Notes: a model not told the origin generated them from the sequence alone. A stretch of DNA of 30,103 bases from Candidatus Woesearchaeota archaeon (GCA_019322455.1 JAHWIT010000177.1:1-30103), one strand, 5' to 3'. Shown: positions 10,070 through 18,393, numbered from the stretch's first letter. Program-made: numbers and translations.

Positions 10070-10882
10070 ATGACTATAATGAATTTTAATTTTAAAATTG
10101 CTAATTTTGTTTTTTCATTGAAAACAAACCGTAAAAAAATATTCCAATATTTAAAAAGAAAAATGAATATTTTTGAAACAAAAGAAAAACCCCAGTTTAA
10201 AATCTATCTTATATGGGATTCCCCTGAAAAAATTAAAAAAAAGTTTAGAAGCAAATATCAATTACTTAAAAAAGGAAAAGAAATTTATACTGGAAAAAAA
10301 AGATTATTCAAAGACGAAATAAATGTAAAGGAAACTAAAAATAATATTTATATTAAATTAAGAATAGATCCGCAAAATAAGATTACAAAAGATATTTTCA
10401 TTATATGTTTACATTCATTTATATTAGATAAATTATCTGCAAATAATTGTATAACTCTTCATTCTTCTGCTGGTATTTTAAATAATAATGTTTATTTATT
10501 TAGTGGGAAGAGTGGCCAAGGAAAAAGCACAATATTAAAAAGACTAGTAAAAAATAATAATTTTTTTCCTTTAAATGAAGATATAAACATACTATATCTT
10601 AAAAATAGGCAAATTATAATCTATCCTTTTTTTCGTTTTAATAAAAGAAAATTTTTAATTCAAAATAAATCTGGAAAGTTACGTTATTTATATTTTATTA
10701 AAAAATCACAAAAAACAGGAATCAAAATGATAGATAAGACTAAAACTGTTTATCTTCTTAAATTATATCATCAACCTTTGAGAGCAAAAAATAATAAAAT
10801 TTTTAGAAGGTTTGCAGAAAATATTTTGGCTTTTGAATTAAATCATAAGAAAAATGAAAAGATATTTAAATATTTAAAATAA
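10070..10882 (+). CDS. HPr-kinase-related P-loop protein
   Basis: LHSSAG followed by LFSGKSGQGKST (Walker A) and LNED, the pattern of HprK-related kinases. Confidence 0.75.
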   Translation: MTIMNFNFKIANFVFSLKTNRKKIFQYLKRKMNIFETKEKPQFKIYLIWDSPEKIKKKFRSKYQLLKKGKEIYTGKKRLFKDEINVKETKNNIYIKLRIDPQNKITKDIFIICLHSFILDKLSANNCITLHSSAGILNNNVYLFSGKSGQGKSTILKRLVKNNNFFPLNEDINILYLKNRQIIIYPFFRFNKRKFLIQNKSGKLRYLYFIKKSQKTGIKMIDKTKTVYLLKLYHQPLRAKNNKIFRRFAENILAFELNHKKNEKIFKYLK

Positions 10883-10918
10883 ATTTTTTAAACAAAATGT
10901 TTTTTATTAAAATATAAA

Positions 10919-10953
10919 TTGGAATATGTTTGATTCCAAAAGATTTATATATT
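10919..10953 (+). promoter_or_regulatory. Inverted repeat plus BRE/TATA promoter of the peptide gene
   Basis: TTGGAAT-N7-ATTCCAA (10919-10939) overlaps AAAAGATTTATATATT, which matches the promoter motif seen before other genes in the window. Confidence 0.55.
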
Positions 10954-10991
10954 AATAATATAATTTTTATAATTCTAGAGGTGTTTTATAA

Positions 10992-11081
10992 ATGAAAAAT
11001 GCTATATTAAGTGGGCCAAAATTATCTGATAGGGTACGAATGTGTGCCTGTAATGTGATTTGTACTCAAATTAGTTGTTAA
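10992..11081 (+). CDS. Putative RiPP precursor peptide, 29 aa, MKNAILSGPKLSDRVRMCACNVICTQISC
   Basis: Not in the ORF track. ATG at 10992, TAA at 11079-11081, GAGGTG SD at 10978-10983 and its own promoter. The Cys-free leader is followed by a CxCx3Cx4C C-terminus, 15 nt upstream of the rSAM/SPASM gene. Confidence 0.8.
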   Translation: MKNAILSGPKLSDRVRMCACNVICTQISC

Positions 11082-11096
11082 TCAAGGAGAGATAAA

Positions 11097-12392
11097 TTGG
11101 AATTAGAAAATTTTCTTTTTTTTATTATTCCTTATTCTAAAAATAAGGAATTTATATATTTTCCTATGATCAATAAAGTTTATTTGAATGAAAAATCTGA
11201 TTATTCTAAAAATAATATAAAAAAACTTTTTTCTCAAGATTTAGAGAAAAGCAAAAAAATTTTTGAAACGGAATTTAATAGTAAAAAGGGATATGAAAGA
11301 AAAAAAATATTTCCTGCTGGTTTAGTAACAATACCAAATGACAATTGTAATATGAGATGTACATATTGTTATGCTAGAAGTAACATTGGAAAAGAATTAA
11401 ATTTTGAGGCATATATTGCTGCAGTTGATTATGTTGTAGCAAATTATAAATCTATAGGTTATATACCTAATACATTTGTAGGAGGTGGAGAACCCACTTA
11501 TAATTTTAAATTGTTTAAAAAAATGGTAGAATATTTTAAAGAAATGGTACCTCTTAAAAAGAGATGGTTAGAGATTACTACAAATGGTTTGTTCAATAAA
11601 GAAGTTTGTGACTATCTTTTGGCTAATTTTAATCAGATTAATATTTCTTTTGACGGCCCTCCAGAAGTTCAAAATTCCCAAAGACCTACAGTAAACAACA
11701 AACCATCTTTTAACATTGTCTACAGCAATATAAAATATATTCATAAAAAATTAAATAAGAATCAGGGTATTTTGATTCAAGGAACGGTTAACAAAAATAA
11801 TCTATCTAAAATAAATAAAATTAAAGATTTTTTTAAGCAAAATCTTCCAGGAGTAGAGTGTGTTATTGATGGAGCATTTGATTTAGGCAGAGCAAAAGAT
11901 AATCACAATTGTAGTGATAAATCAATAGTCTTCCATAGTAAATATTCTGATTTGAGAAGATTATATCCAAAAAAAGGATTTAGAAGATGTGCAATGTATG
12001 GATTAGTATTATCAATTACTGCGTCTGGTAAACTTACAGGATGTGTTCACGTTTCAAAACCTGATGATGAAAATTATGAACATTTTATTTATGGAAGATA
12101 TGATGATGAAAAAAAGAAATTAGTTTTTGATAAAAATAAATTAGATTATATGAAAAAAAGAAATGTTATGAATATATCTAATTGCAAAAATTGTTTTGCA
12201 AAATTTGATTGTGGGGGTAGTTGTCCACAAAAGGTTTTAACCAGTTGTGGAGATGATTATGATACTTCTAAATATTTCTTTTGTCAATATGAAAGAATGT
12301 ACCTTATTCAAAGATTTTGCAGTGCATTAAATATTCCTTTTAATAAAAATGAGATGATTTCTTTATTAAAAAATAATATCACTTTTAAGTAG
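11097..12392 (+). CDS. Radical SAM/SPASM peptide maturase
   Basis: CNMRCTYC, GGGEP, TTNG and ISFDG motifs. SPASM cysteines C..GKLTGC..CKNCFAKFDCGGSC..C. TTG start with AGGAG SD. The N-terminal extension may be an RRE. Confidence 0.93.
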   Translation: MELENFLFFIIPYSKNKEFIYFPMINKVYLNEKSDYSKNNIKKLFSQDLEKSKKIFETEFNSKKGYERKKIFPAGLVTIPNDNCNMRCTYCYARSNIGKELNFEAYIAAVDYVVANYKSIGYIPNTFVGGGEPTYNFKLFKKMVEYFKEMVPLKKRWLEITTNGLFNKEVCDYLLANFNQINISFDGPPEVQNSQRPTVNNKPSFNIVYSNIKYIHKKLNKNQGILIQGTVNKNNLSKINKIKDFFKQNLPGVECVIDGAFDLGRAKDNHNCSDKSIVFHSKYSDLRRLYPKKGFRRCAMYGLVLSITASGKLTGCVHVSKPDDENYEHFIYGRYDDEKKKLVFDKNKLDYMKKRNVMNISNCKNCFAKFDCGGSCPQKVLTSCGDDYDTSKYFFCQYERMYLIQRFCSALNIPFNKNEMISLLKNNITFK

Positions 12393-12439
12393 TGAAAAAT
12401 CAAAAGATTTATAAATAATTTTCTTTCATTTATAGTAAA

Positions 12440-13351
12440 ATGGAGTATAATATTAAATGCAATGGAGAAAATTATGTTAATTTTCTATTTTATCCCTCAT
12501 TAAATCTTGTAGCTCATACTTCTAATTTGGTTGGTATACTAATAGGTGGTGTTGGTTGTCAACAATATACTCAAAGACGAGAACCAAAAGCATTGGATGC
12601 TTTAGGAGATTATAAGAAATTAGATTCATTTTTGTTTTACCAATCATGTCAAACATTGGGATTAAATAGAATTAGTGAAGTAGAAAGAGCTATAAATATT
12701 ATAAAGGCTATGGATAATTCATCATTTTTAGATTGTCCTAATTTTTCTTTTAATGAATTCTCAGAACTATTAGAAAAAAGCTATCAATGTTTTTACAAAA
12801 ATTATTGGAGAGAAAATCAAGAAAGATTAGAATATATGACAAAAAGGATGGTTCAAGAAAAAGATTGGAAAAAAATGTTAAATGTTATGGAAGAATCAGT
12901 AGGGTCAAAAATGTTATGTGATTTTTTTGTATTTTTAGTAGAAGCAGCAGCAGGTTCAGCGACTATGATTCCTCCTAATATATCTATTGGGGCGCCTATA
13001 CCTAGATATGACAGCGGATTTGTGCATGAAGGATTACATTTATTAATTGCATTGGCTGGTGATCAATATAAAGAAGTATTTGATTTTGCAAATTCTCATG
13101 AATGGAAAAAAGTCAATGAGGAAAAATTGCCTTATAATAATTGGAGAGGAAAAATTGAACAAGCGGTTGTAATAACATTAGATTCTTTAATTAATAAAAG
13201 ACCTGAATATCTTGATGGTTGTTTAGTTGGAGATTTAAGAGATAATATTTATTCTGAAATTAAACAGTGGTTTGAGGAAAATAGGAAAATACCATTACAT
13301 AAATTTTTGTTAGAAATTTTAAAGCAATATGAAAAAGAAATTTTTAACTAG
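12440..13351 (+). CDS. Hypothetical protein with HExxH zinc-metallopeptidase-like motif
   Basis: FVHEGLHLL with a downstream Glu (KIEQAVV) as a possible third ligand. Promoter-like AAAAGATTTATAAAT at about 12402. Confidence 0.6.
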   Translation: MEYNIKCNGENYVNFLFYPSLNLVAHTSNLVGILIGGVGCQQYTQRREPKALDALGDYKKLDSFLFYQSCQTLGLNRISEVERAINIIKAMDNSSFLDCPNFSFNEFSELLEKSYQCFYKNYWRENQERLEYMTKRMVQEKDWKKMLNVMEESVGSKMLCDFFVFLVEAAAGSATMIPPNISIGAPIPRYDSGFVHEGLHLLIALAGDQYKEVFDFANSHEWKKVNEEKLPYNNWRGKIEQAVVITLDSLINKRPEYLDGCLVGDLRDNIYSEIKQWFEENRKIPLHKFLLEILKQYEKEIFN

Positions 13352-13517
13352 ATAAATTTAATATTTTAAATAATTCTGTCAAATGACTCAACTATAAATT
13401 AACTTCTTAGAAAAATATAAGAAAGTCTTACTCTTAATATGGAAAATCTAACTTTGATTTATAGATAATAAGGATCAGTTTTTCCAGTCCAAAACATCTT
13501 AATAAAATCAAAGAATA

Positions 13518-13692
13518 TAGCGGGGGATGGACATCCAGAGAGAAACTGAGTTTACCCTCGTTTGAACCATCGACTTCCTCTGCTATGAGAAAACTCACAA
13601 CATCTGAGGGTTATGAGCCTTCCGTGATTCAAATTGAATCTCTCCGGGCATTCAGGCACTTATATAGTGTCTCCTGACTGCCCTACCCCGCT
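13518..13692 (-). tRNA. Initiator tRNA-Met(CAT) with four introns
   Basis: Removing introns 13651-13670, 13620-13641, 13575-13603 and 13532-13560 gives a 75-nt cloverleaf: AGCGGGG TA GGGC AGTCAGGAGT GCCC G GAGGG CTCATAA CCCTC AGGTC GATGG TTCAAAT CCATC CCCCGCT A. The A1-U72 pair and three G-C pairs in the anticodon stem are initiator hallmarks. CCA is not encoded. Confidence 0.92.
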
Positions 13693-13715
13693 ATATGCTC
13701 TAAAAATTTATATTC

Positions 13716-13791
13716 ATTTATAAGTCTTTTGATAGTCTGCATTCAATAACCATAAACTAAATAAAATTTGTTTTCTCGTAAAATTTATAAA
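13716..13791. promoter_or_regulatory. Divergent BRE/TATA promoters of the two tRNA genes
   Basis: Minus-strand AAAAGACTTATAAAT (13716-13730) and plus-strand AAAATTTATAAA (13780-13791), each about 25 nt from a tRNA 5' end. Confidence 0.6.
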
Positions 13792-13816
13792 CATTCTACT
13801 TATTTAAACTTAATAT

Positions 13817-13954
13817 GCCGCGGTGGCACAACCTGGTACATGGCGAAGGTTCTACCTGAGCCTCGCGACAGCCAACTGCGCGGGATTGCTAATCCCGTTT
13901 CCTTCGGGATATGTGGGTTCAAAACAAAAATTTGTGAAAGTCCCACCCGCGGCG
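13817..13954 (+). tRNA. tRNA-Ser(GCT) with two introns
   Basis: Acceptor GCCGCGG/CCGCGGC, G73, anticodon arm CGGGA-TTGCTAA-TCCCG and long variable arm TCC-TTCG-GGA. BHB-type introns at 13840-13876 (22/23) and 13924-13940 (59/60). Mature length 84 nt, followed by a T6 run. Confidence 0.92.
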
Positions 13955-13976
13955 TTTTTTAATTAAGAGGAATAAG

Positions 13977-15593
13977 ATGCAAAAAATCGAAAAACTAGTC
14001 CCAGATACTTCTGTTATAATAGAGGGATTAGTATCCTTACAATTAGAAAAAAAGGAAGTAGAAATAAAACAAATAATAATTCATGAAGCAGTTTTAGCTG
14101 AACTTGAACATCAGGCAAACCAAGGCAAAGCTATAGGTCATATAGGATTAGATGAAGTTGAAAAAATAAAACAATTATCAAAGGATAAATTTGAAATTAT
14201 CTTTGCTGGAAAAAGACCTTCTGCAGCAGAAATAAAATATGCCTCTTTAGGAGAGATTGATTCATTAATAAGGCAGTTGGCTTTTGAAGAAGATGCAATA
14301 TTATTAACAGCAGATAAAGTGCAGGCCAAAGTTGCTCAGGCAAGAGGGATAAATTTCATTTTAATAGAAAAACAGAAAAAAATCAGAAAAATAAAACTTG
14401 AATCTTTCTTTGACAATTCTACAATGTCTGTTCATCTTAGAGAAAATACAAATCCTACTGCAAAAAAAGGAAAACCAGGAGATTGGCAATTTGTAAAAAT
14501 AAGAGAAAAAGAAATTAAAAAAGAAGAAATAAAAGAGATAAGTGCTGAAATAATAGAAGCTGCAAGAGCTGCAGTAGATGGATTTATTGAGATAGAAAGA
14601 GAAGGCTCAACAATTATCCAGTTAGGAACATTCAGAATTGTTATTACAAGACCTCCATTTTCAGATGGTTGGGAAATAACAGCAGTAAGGCCTGTTAAGT
14701 ATCTTTCTATTAAAGAGTATGAGATATCTGAAAAATTATTAAAGAGACTGTCAGAGCAGGCAGAAGGAATTCTTATTGCAGGCTCTCCAGGAATGGGAAA
14801 ATCAACCTTTGCAGCTGCATTATCAGAATTCTATGCTGAAAAAGGAAAAATAGTAAAAACAATAGAAGCTCCAAGGGATTTAGTTCTGCCAGAAACAATA
14901 ACTCAATATGCTGTTTCACACGGCTCTTCTCAGGAAATTCATGACATCCTATTATTATCCAGGCCAGATTACACACTATTTGATGAAATGAGAAATATAG
15001 AAGATTTTAAACTATTTGCAGACCTAAGATTATCTGGAATTGGTTTAGCAGGAGTTATACATGCAACAAATCCTATTGATGCTATTCAAAGATTTGTCGG
15101 AAAGATTGAATTAGGTGTAATCCCTCATATTATTGACACTGTTATATTCATAAAAAATGGGCAGATAGCCAAAGTTTTGAGCCTTCAAATGGAAGTTAAA
15201 GTTCCTTCAGGAATGACTGAAGCAGATTTAGCAAGGCCTGTTGTAACTGTAACTGATTTTGAGACAAAAAAGCTTGAGTTTGAATTATATAGTTATGGAG
15301 AAGAAACAGTTGTTATACCTGTTAAAGAAACTGGCAAAAAATCAGGAGTATTAAGGCTTCTAGAAGATCCTATAAAAAGATATTTCCAGATGTATTCAGA
15401 TGAAGTTGATGTAGAAGTTGTTTCAATGAATAAGGCAATTGTCCGCGTTCCTGAATATACTATAGCTGGAATTATAGGTAAAGGTGGTAAACACATAGGA
15501 GAGATTGAAAAAGAGCTTGGTATAAGTATAGACATAGAAGAATTAGCAGAAACAGAAAGAAGATATGAAAAGAAAAGAAAAAAGAAAAGATAG
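13977..15593 (+). CDS. PIN-domain/P-loop ATPase with C-terminal KH domain (PINA family)
   Basis: N-terminal PIN motif VPDTSVII, Walker A GSPGMGKST, LFDEMR, GVIHAT and KH motif IIGKGG. Confidence 0.93.
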   Translation: MQKIEKLVPDTSVIIEGLVSLQLEKKEVEIKQIIIHEAVLAELEHQANQGKAIGHIGLDEVEKIKQLSKDKFEIIFAGKRPSAAEIKYASLGEIDSLIRQLAFEEDAILLTADKVQAKVAQARGINFILIEKQKKIRKIKLESFFDNSTMSVHLRENTNPTAKKGKPGDWQFVKIREKEIKKEEIKEISAEIIEAARAAVDGFIEIEREGSTIIQLGTFRIVITRPPFSDGWEITAVRPVKYLSIKEYEISEKLLKRLSEQAEGILIAGSPGMGKSTFAAALSEFYAEKGKIVKTIEAPRDLVLPETITQYAVSHGSSQEIHDILLLSRPDYTLFDEMRNIEDFKLFADLRLSGIGLAGVIHATNPIDAIQRFVGKIELGVIPHIIDTVIFIKNGQIAKVLSLQMEVKVPSGMTEADLARPVVTVTDFETKKLEFELYSYGEETVVIPVKETGKKSGVLRLLEDPIKRYFQMYSDEVDVEVVSMNKAIVRVPEYTIAGIIGKGGKHIGEIEKELGISIDIEELAETERRYEKKRKKKR

Positions 15594-15624
15594 TTTTTTA
15601 TAGAATAAAAATAATTCAAAAAAA

Positions 15625-16899
15625 ATGTTAGACATAAAATTCATAAGAGAAAATCCTAGCTTAGTAAAAAAAGCATGCAAAAACAGAGGCTATGATATTG
15701 ATATAGATAATTTTCTTAGATTAGATGAAAAATACAGAACAAATCTGCAAAAAGTTGAAAAGCTAAAATATCAAAGAAATACTGCAGCAAAAGAAATTAA
15801 TGAATTAAAAAAACAAGGAAAAGATATAAAAGCAAAAATAAAAGAAGTAAAAGAAATTCCAACTAAAATTAAAAAATTAGAAGAGGATATTAAAGAATTA
15901 AAAGAAAAAATATTTCCAGTAATAACAACAATCCCTAATATTCCTGATCCTTCTGTACCTATTGGAGCAGATGAAACAAAAAATAAAGAAGTTAAGAAAA
16001 AAGGCAAGATTCCTAAATTTAATTTTGAAATTAAGCCTCATTGGGAAATAGGCAAAAATCTTGATATTATTGATGTTGATAAATCAATAAAATTAGCTGG
16101 TGCTGGCTTTTATATCTTCAAAGGATTAGGCGCAAGATTAGAAAGAGCATTAATCAATTTCTTCTTAGATTATCATATAAAAAATGGATTTATTGAAATC
16201 TGTCCTCCTGTGCTTGTCAATGATAAATCAATGTTTGGCACAGCTCAATTGCCAAAATTCGAACAGGATTTATATAAAACAACAGAAGGACTTTACTTAA
16301 TCCCAACATCAGAAGTTCCATTGACAAATTTACACCAAGATGAGATTCTTAACAAAGAAGAACTTCCTAAATATTACTGTGCTTTTACTCCTTGCTTTAG
16401 AACAGAAGCAGGAAAGCATGGAACAGAAACTCGCGGTATTTACAGACTGCATCAGTTTGATAAAGTTGAAATGGTTAAAATTTGTTATCCAGATCATTCT
16501 GACAAAGAACTTGAAGATATGAGACAAACAGCAGAAAAACTGCTTGAATTGCTAGAAATCCCATACAGAACTTTACTATTATGCACAGGAGATGTGGGCT
16601 TTGCAGCTTCAAAAACATATGATATTGAAGTTTGGAGTCCATATCAAAAAAAATATCTTGAAACCTCTTCTTGTAGTAATTGTAAAGATTTTCAAGCAAG
16701 AAGAATTAATACAAAATTTAGAACACCAGAAGGAAATAAATTTGTACATACATTAAATGGATCTGGATTAGCAACACCAAGATTAATAATCTCATTGCTT
16801 GAATGCAACCAACAAAAAGATGGTTCTATAAAGATTCCTAAGGTTTTGCAGCCTTATATGGATGGAATTAAAAAGATTGAAGCAAAAAAAAGTATTTAA
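15625..16899 (+). CDS. serS: Seryl-tRNA synthetase
   Basis: MLDIKFIREN start, LIPTSEVPL, FRTEAG, RLHQFDKVE, ETSSCSNC and HTLNGSGLA. Confidence 0.98.
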   Translation: MLDIKFIRENPSLVKKACKNRGYDIDIDNFLRLDEKYRTNLQKVEKLKYQRNTAAKEINELKKQGKDIKAKIKEVKEIPTKIKKLEEDIKELKEKIFPVITTIPNIPDPSVPIGADETKNKEVKKKGKIPKFNFEIKPHWEIGKNLDIIDVDKSIKLAGAGFYIFKGLGARLERALINFFLDYHIKNGFIEICPPVLVNDKSMFGTAQLPKFEQDLYKTTEGLYLIPTSEVPLTNLHQDEILNKEELPKYYCAFTPCFRTEAGKHGTETRGIYRLHQFDKVEMVKICYPDHSDKELEDMRQTAEKLLELLEIPYRTLLLCTGDVGFAASKTYDIEVWSPYQKKYLETSSCSNCKDFQARRINTKFRTPEGNKFVHTLNGSGLATPRLIISLLECNQQKDGSIKIPKVLQPYMDGIKKIEAKKSI

Positions 16900-16961
16900 A
16901 AAATTTTTAAACCCAAAAATTTTTAAAAACAAATATTTATTCTTATCTACAGGGGCTTTTT

Positions 16962-18032
16962 ATGTCAATATTCAAAGATATGTTAAAATCAGGAGAATCT
17001 TTATTTAGAGATGAGATTGCTTTAGATTATGATTATCTGCCAAAACTTCTGCCTTACAGAGAAAAAGAGCAATTCTATATAGCAGGCTGTATCAAACCAT
17101 TATTACAAAAAAGAAATGGAAAAAATCTCTTTATCCATGGCGCTCCAGGAATAGGAAAAACAGCTGCAACAAGGCACATTCTAAGAGACTTAGAAAATGA
17201 AACAGATGATGTAATTCCAATATACATAAACTGCTGGAAAAAAAACACAACCTATAAAATAGTTTTAGAAATATGTGATATTATTGGTTATAAATTCACA
17301 CAAAATAAAAAAACAGAAGAGCTCTTTGAAATAATTAAACAAATGCTGAATAAAAAATCAGCTGTCTTTGTTTTTGATGAAGCAGATAAATTAGAAGACT
17401 TTGATTTTCTCTATCACATCCTAGAAGAAATATACAGAAAATCTGTTTTCTTAATAACAAACTTCAAAAATTGGATTCTAAATTTAGACGAGAGAGTAAG
17501 ATCAAGACTAACAGCAGAATTAAAAGAATTCAAGCCTTATAATGCAGAAGAAACAAAAGGAATCTTAAAAAAAAGATTAAGCTATGCCTTTGTTCCAGGA
17601 GTCTGGGAAAATGATGCTTTTGAATTAGTTGCCAAAAGAACAGCAGAAATCTCTGACATCAGATCTGGACTATACTTAATGAAAGAATCAGCACTAGCAG
17701 CAGAGGAAAAATCAAGCAAAAAAATAATAATAGAACATGTACAAATAGCAATACAAAAATTAGATGATTTCTCAATAAAAGAAAAATCAGATCTTGACCA
17801 AGAATCAAGAAATATCTTAGAACTAATTAAAAACAATTCAAACAAAAAAATTGGAGAGCTTTTTGATACCTACAGAAGATACAATGGAAAACTATCTTAC
17901 AAATCCTTCCAAAGAAAAATATCAAACCTTCAAAAAAATAATTTTATCTCAGTAGAAAAAACAGAAGGAGGATTAGAAGGCAATACAACAATCATTAAAT
18001 ATTCAGAAGAAAAAAAATTAACTGATTTTTAA
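16962..18032 (+). CDS. cdc6: Cdc6/Orc1 replication initiator
   Basis: DYLPKLLPYRE, Walker A GAPGIGKT, YINCW, Walker B VFDEAD, FKPY and a winged-helix-like C-terminus. Confidence 0.9.
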   Translation: MSIFKDMLKSGESLFRDEIALDYDYLPKLLPYREKEQFYIAGCIKPLLQKRNGKNLFIHGAPGIGKTAATRHILRDLENETDDVIPIYINCWKKNTTYKIVLEICDIIGYKFTQNKKTEELFEIIKQMLNKKSAVFVFDEADKLEDFDFLYHILEEIYRKSVFLITNFKNWILNLDERVRSRLTAELKEFKPYNAEETKGILKKRLSYAFVPGVWENDAFELVAKRTAEISDIRSGLYLMKESALAAEEKSSKKIIIEHVQIAIQKLDDFSIKEKSDLDQESRNILELIKNNSNKKIGELFDTYRRYNGKLSYKSFQRKISNLQKNNFISVEKTEGGLEGNTTIIKYSEEKKLTDF

Positions 18033-18069
18033 GTACTAAGATGAGCATAACAAATATGGATTTTTGATC

Positions 18070-18150
18070 ATGTCCAGTGCTTATACAGCTTTAAACCACT
18101 AAATTCTAACATTTCAACCATTTTAACCTAGACCACAACCCACTGGACAT
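18070..18150. repeat. 10-bp perfect inverted repeat, ORB-like (candidate replication origin)
   Basis: ATGTCCAGTG (18070-18079) and CACTGGACAT (18141-18150) with a 61-nt spacer, directly downstream of cdc6. Confidence 0.5.
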
Positions 18151-18218
18151 TCTAGCGTAGCGTATATAAAGGACCTATCCTATATAATAATTATCAAAAA
18201 TTAAAGAGGTGATTAAAA

Positions 18219-18347
18219 ATGTTTAACCCATCAGATACAAGCCATGATACAATAAAACAATTATTTTATCAGCAAATAAGAAGAGTAACAAAAAGAGCCT
18301 GTGGTAATAGCTCATTTGATATTCAATTCTCAGATCAATGGTTATAG
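18219..18347 (+). CDS. Small ORF, 42 aa, MFNPSDTSHDTIKQLFYQQIRRVTKRACGNSSFDIQFSDQWL
   Basis: Strong GAGGTGA SD at 18206-18212, TATA-like TATATAAA near 18163 and a downstream hairpin. Confidence 0.55.
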   Translation: MFNPSDTSHDTIKQLFYQQIRRVTKRACGNSSFDIQFSDQWL

Positions 18348-18393
18348 TGAATTCTTAAGTACTACCCAAATTACTACCACCTAAATACCTCTT

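Noticed and set aside
7760..13531. tRNA-anchored integrative element (cluster lies at the 3' end of tRNA-iMet)
   Set aside because: I found no duplicate of the tRNA 3' end at the left border and no integrase or transposase in the window.
13768..13962. 64-aa ORF in the ORF track
   Set aside because: It overlaps the whole tRNA-Ser gene and its promoter, so it is spurious.
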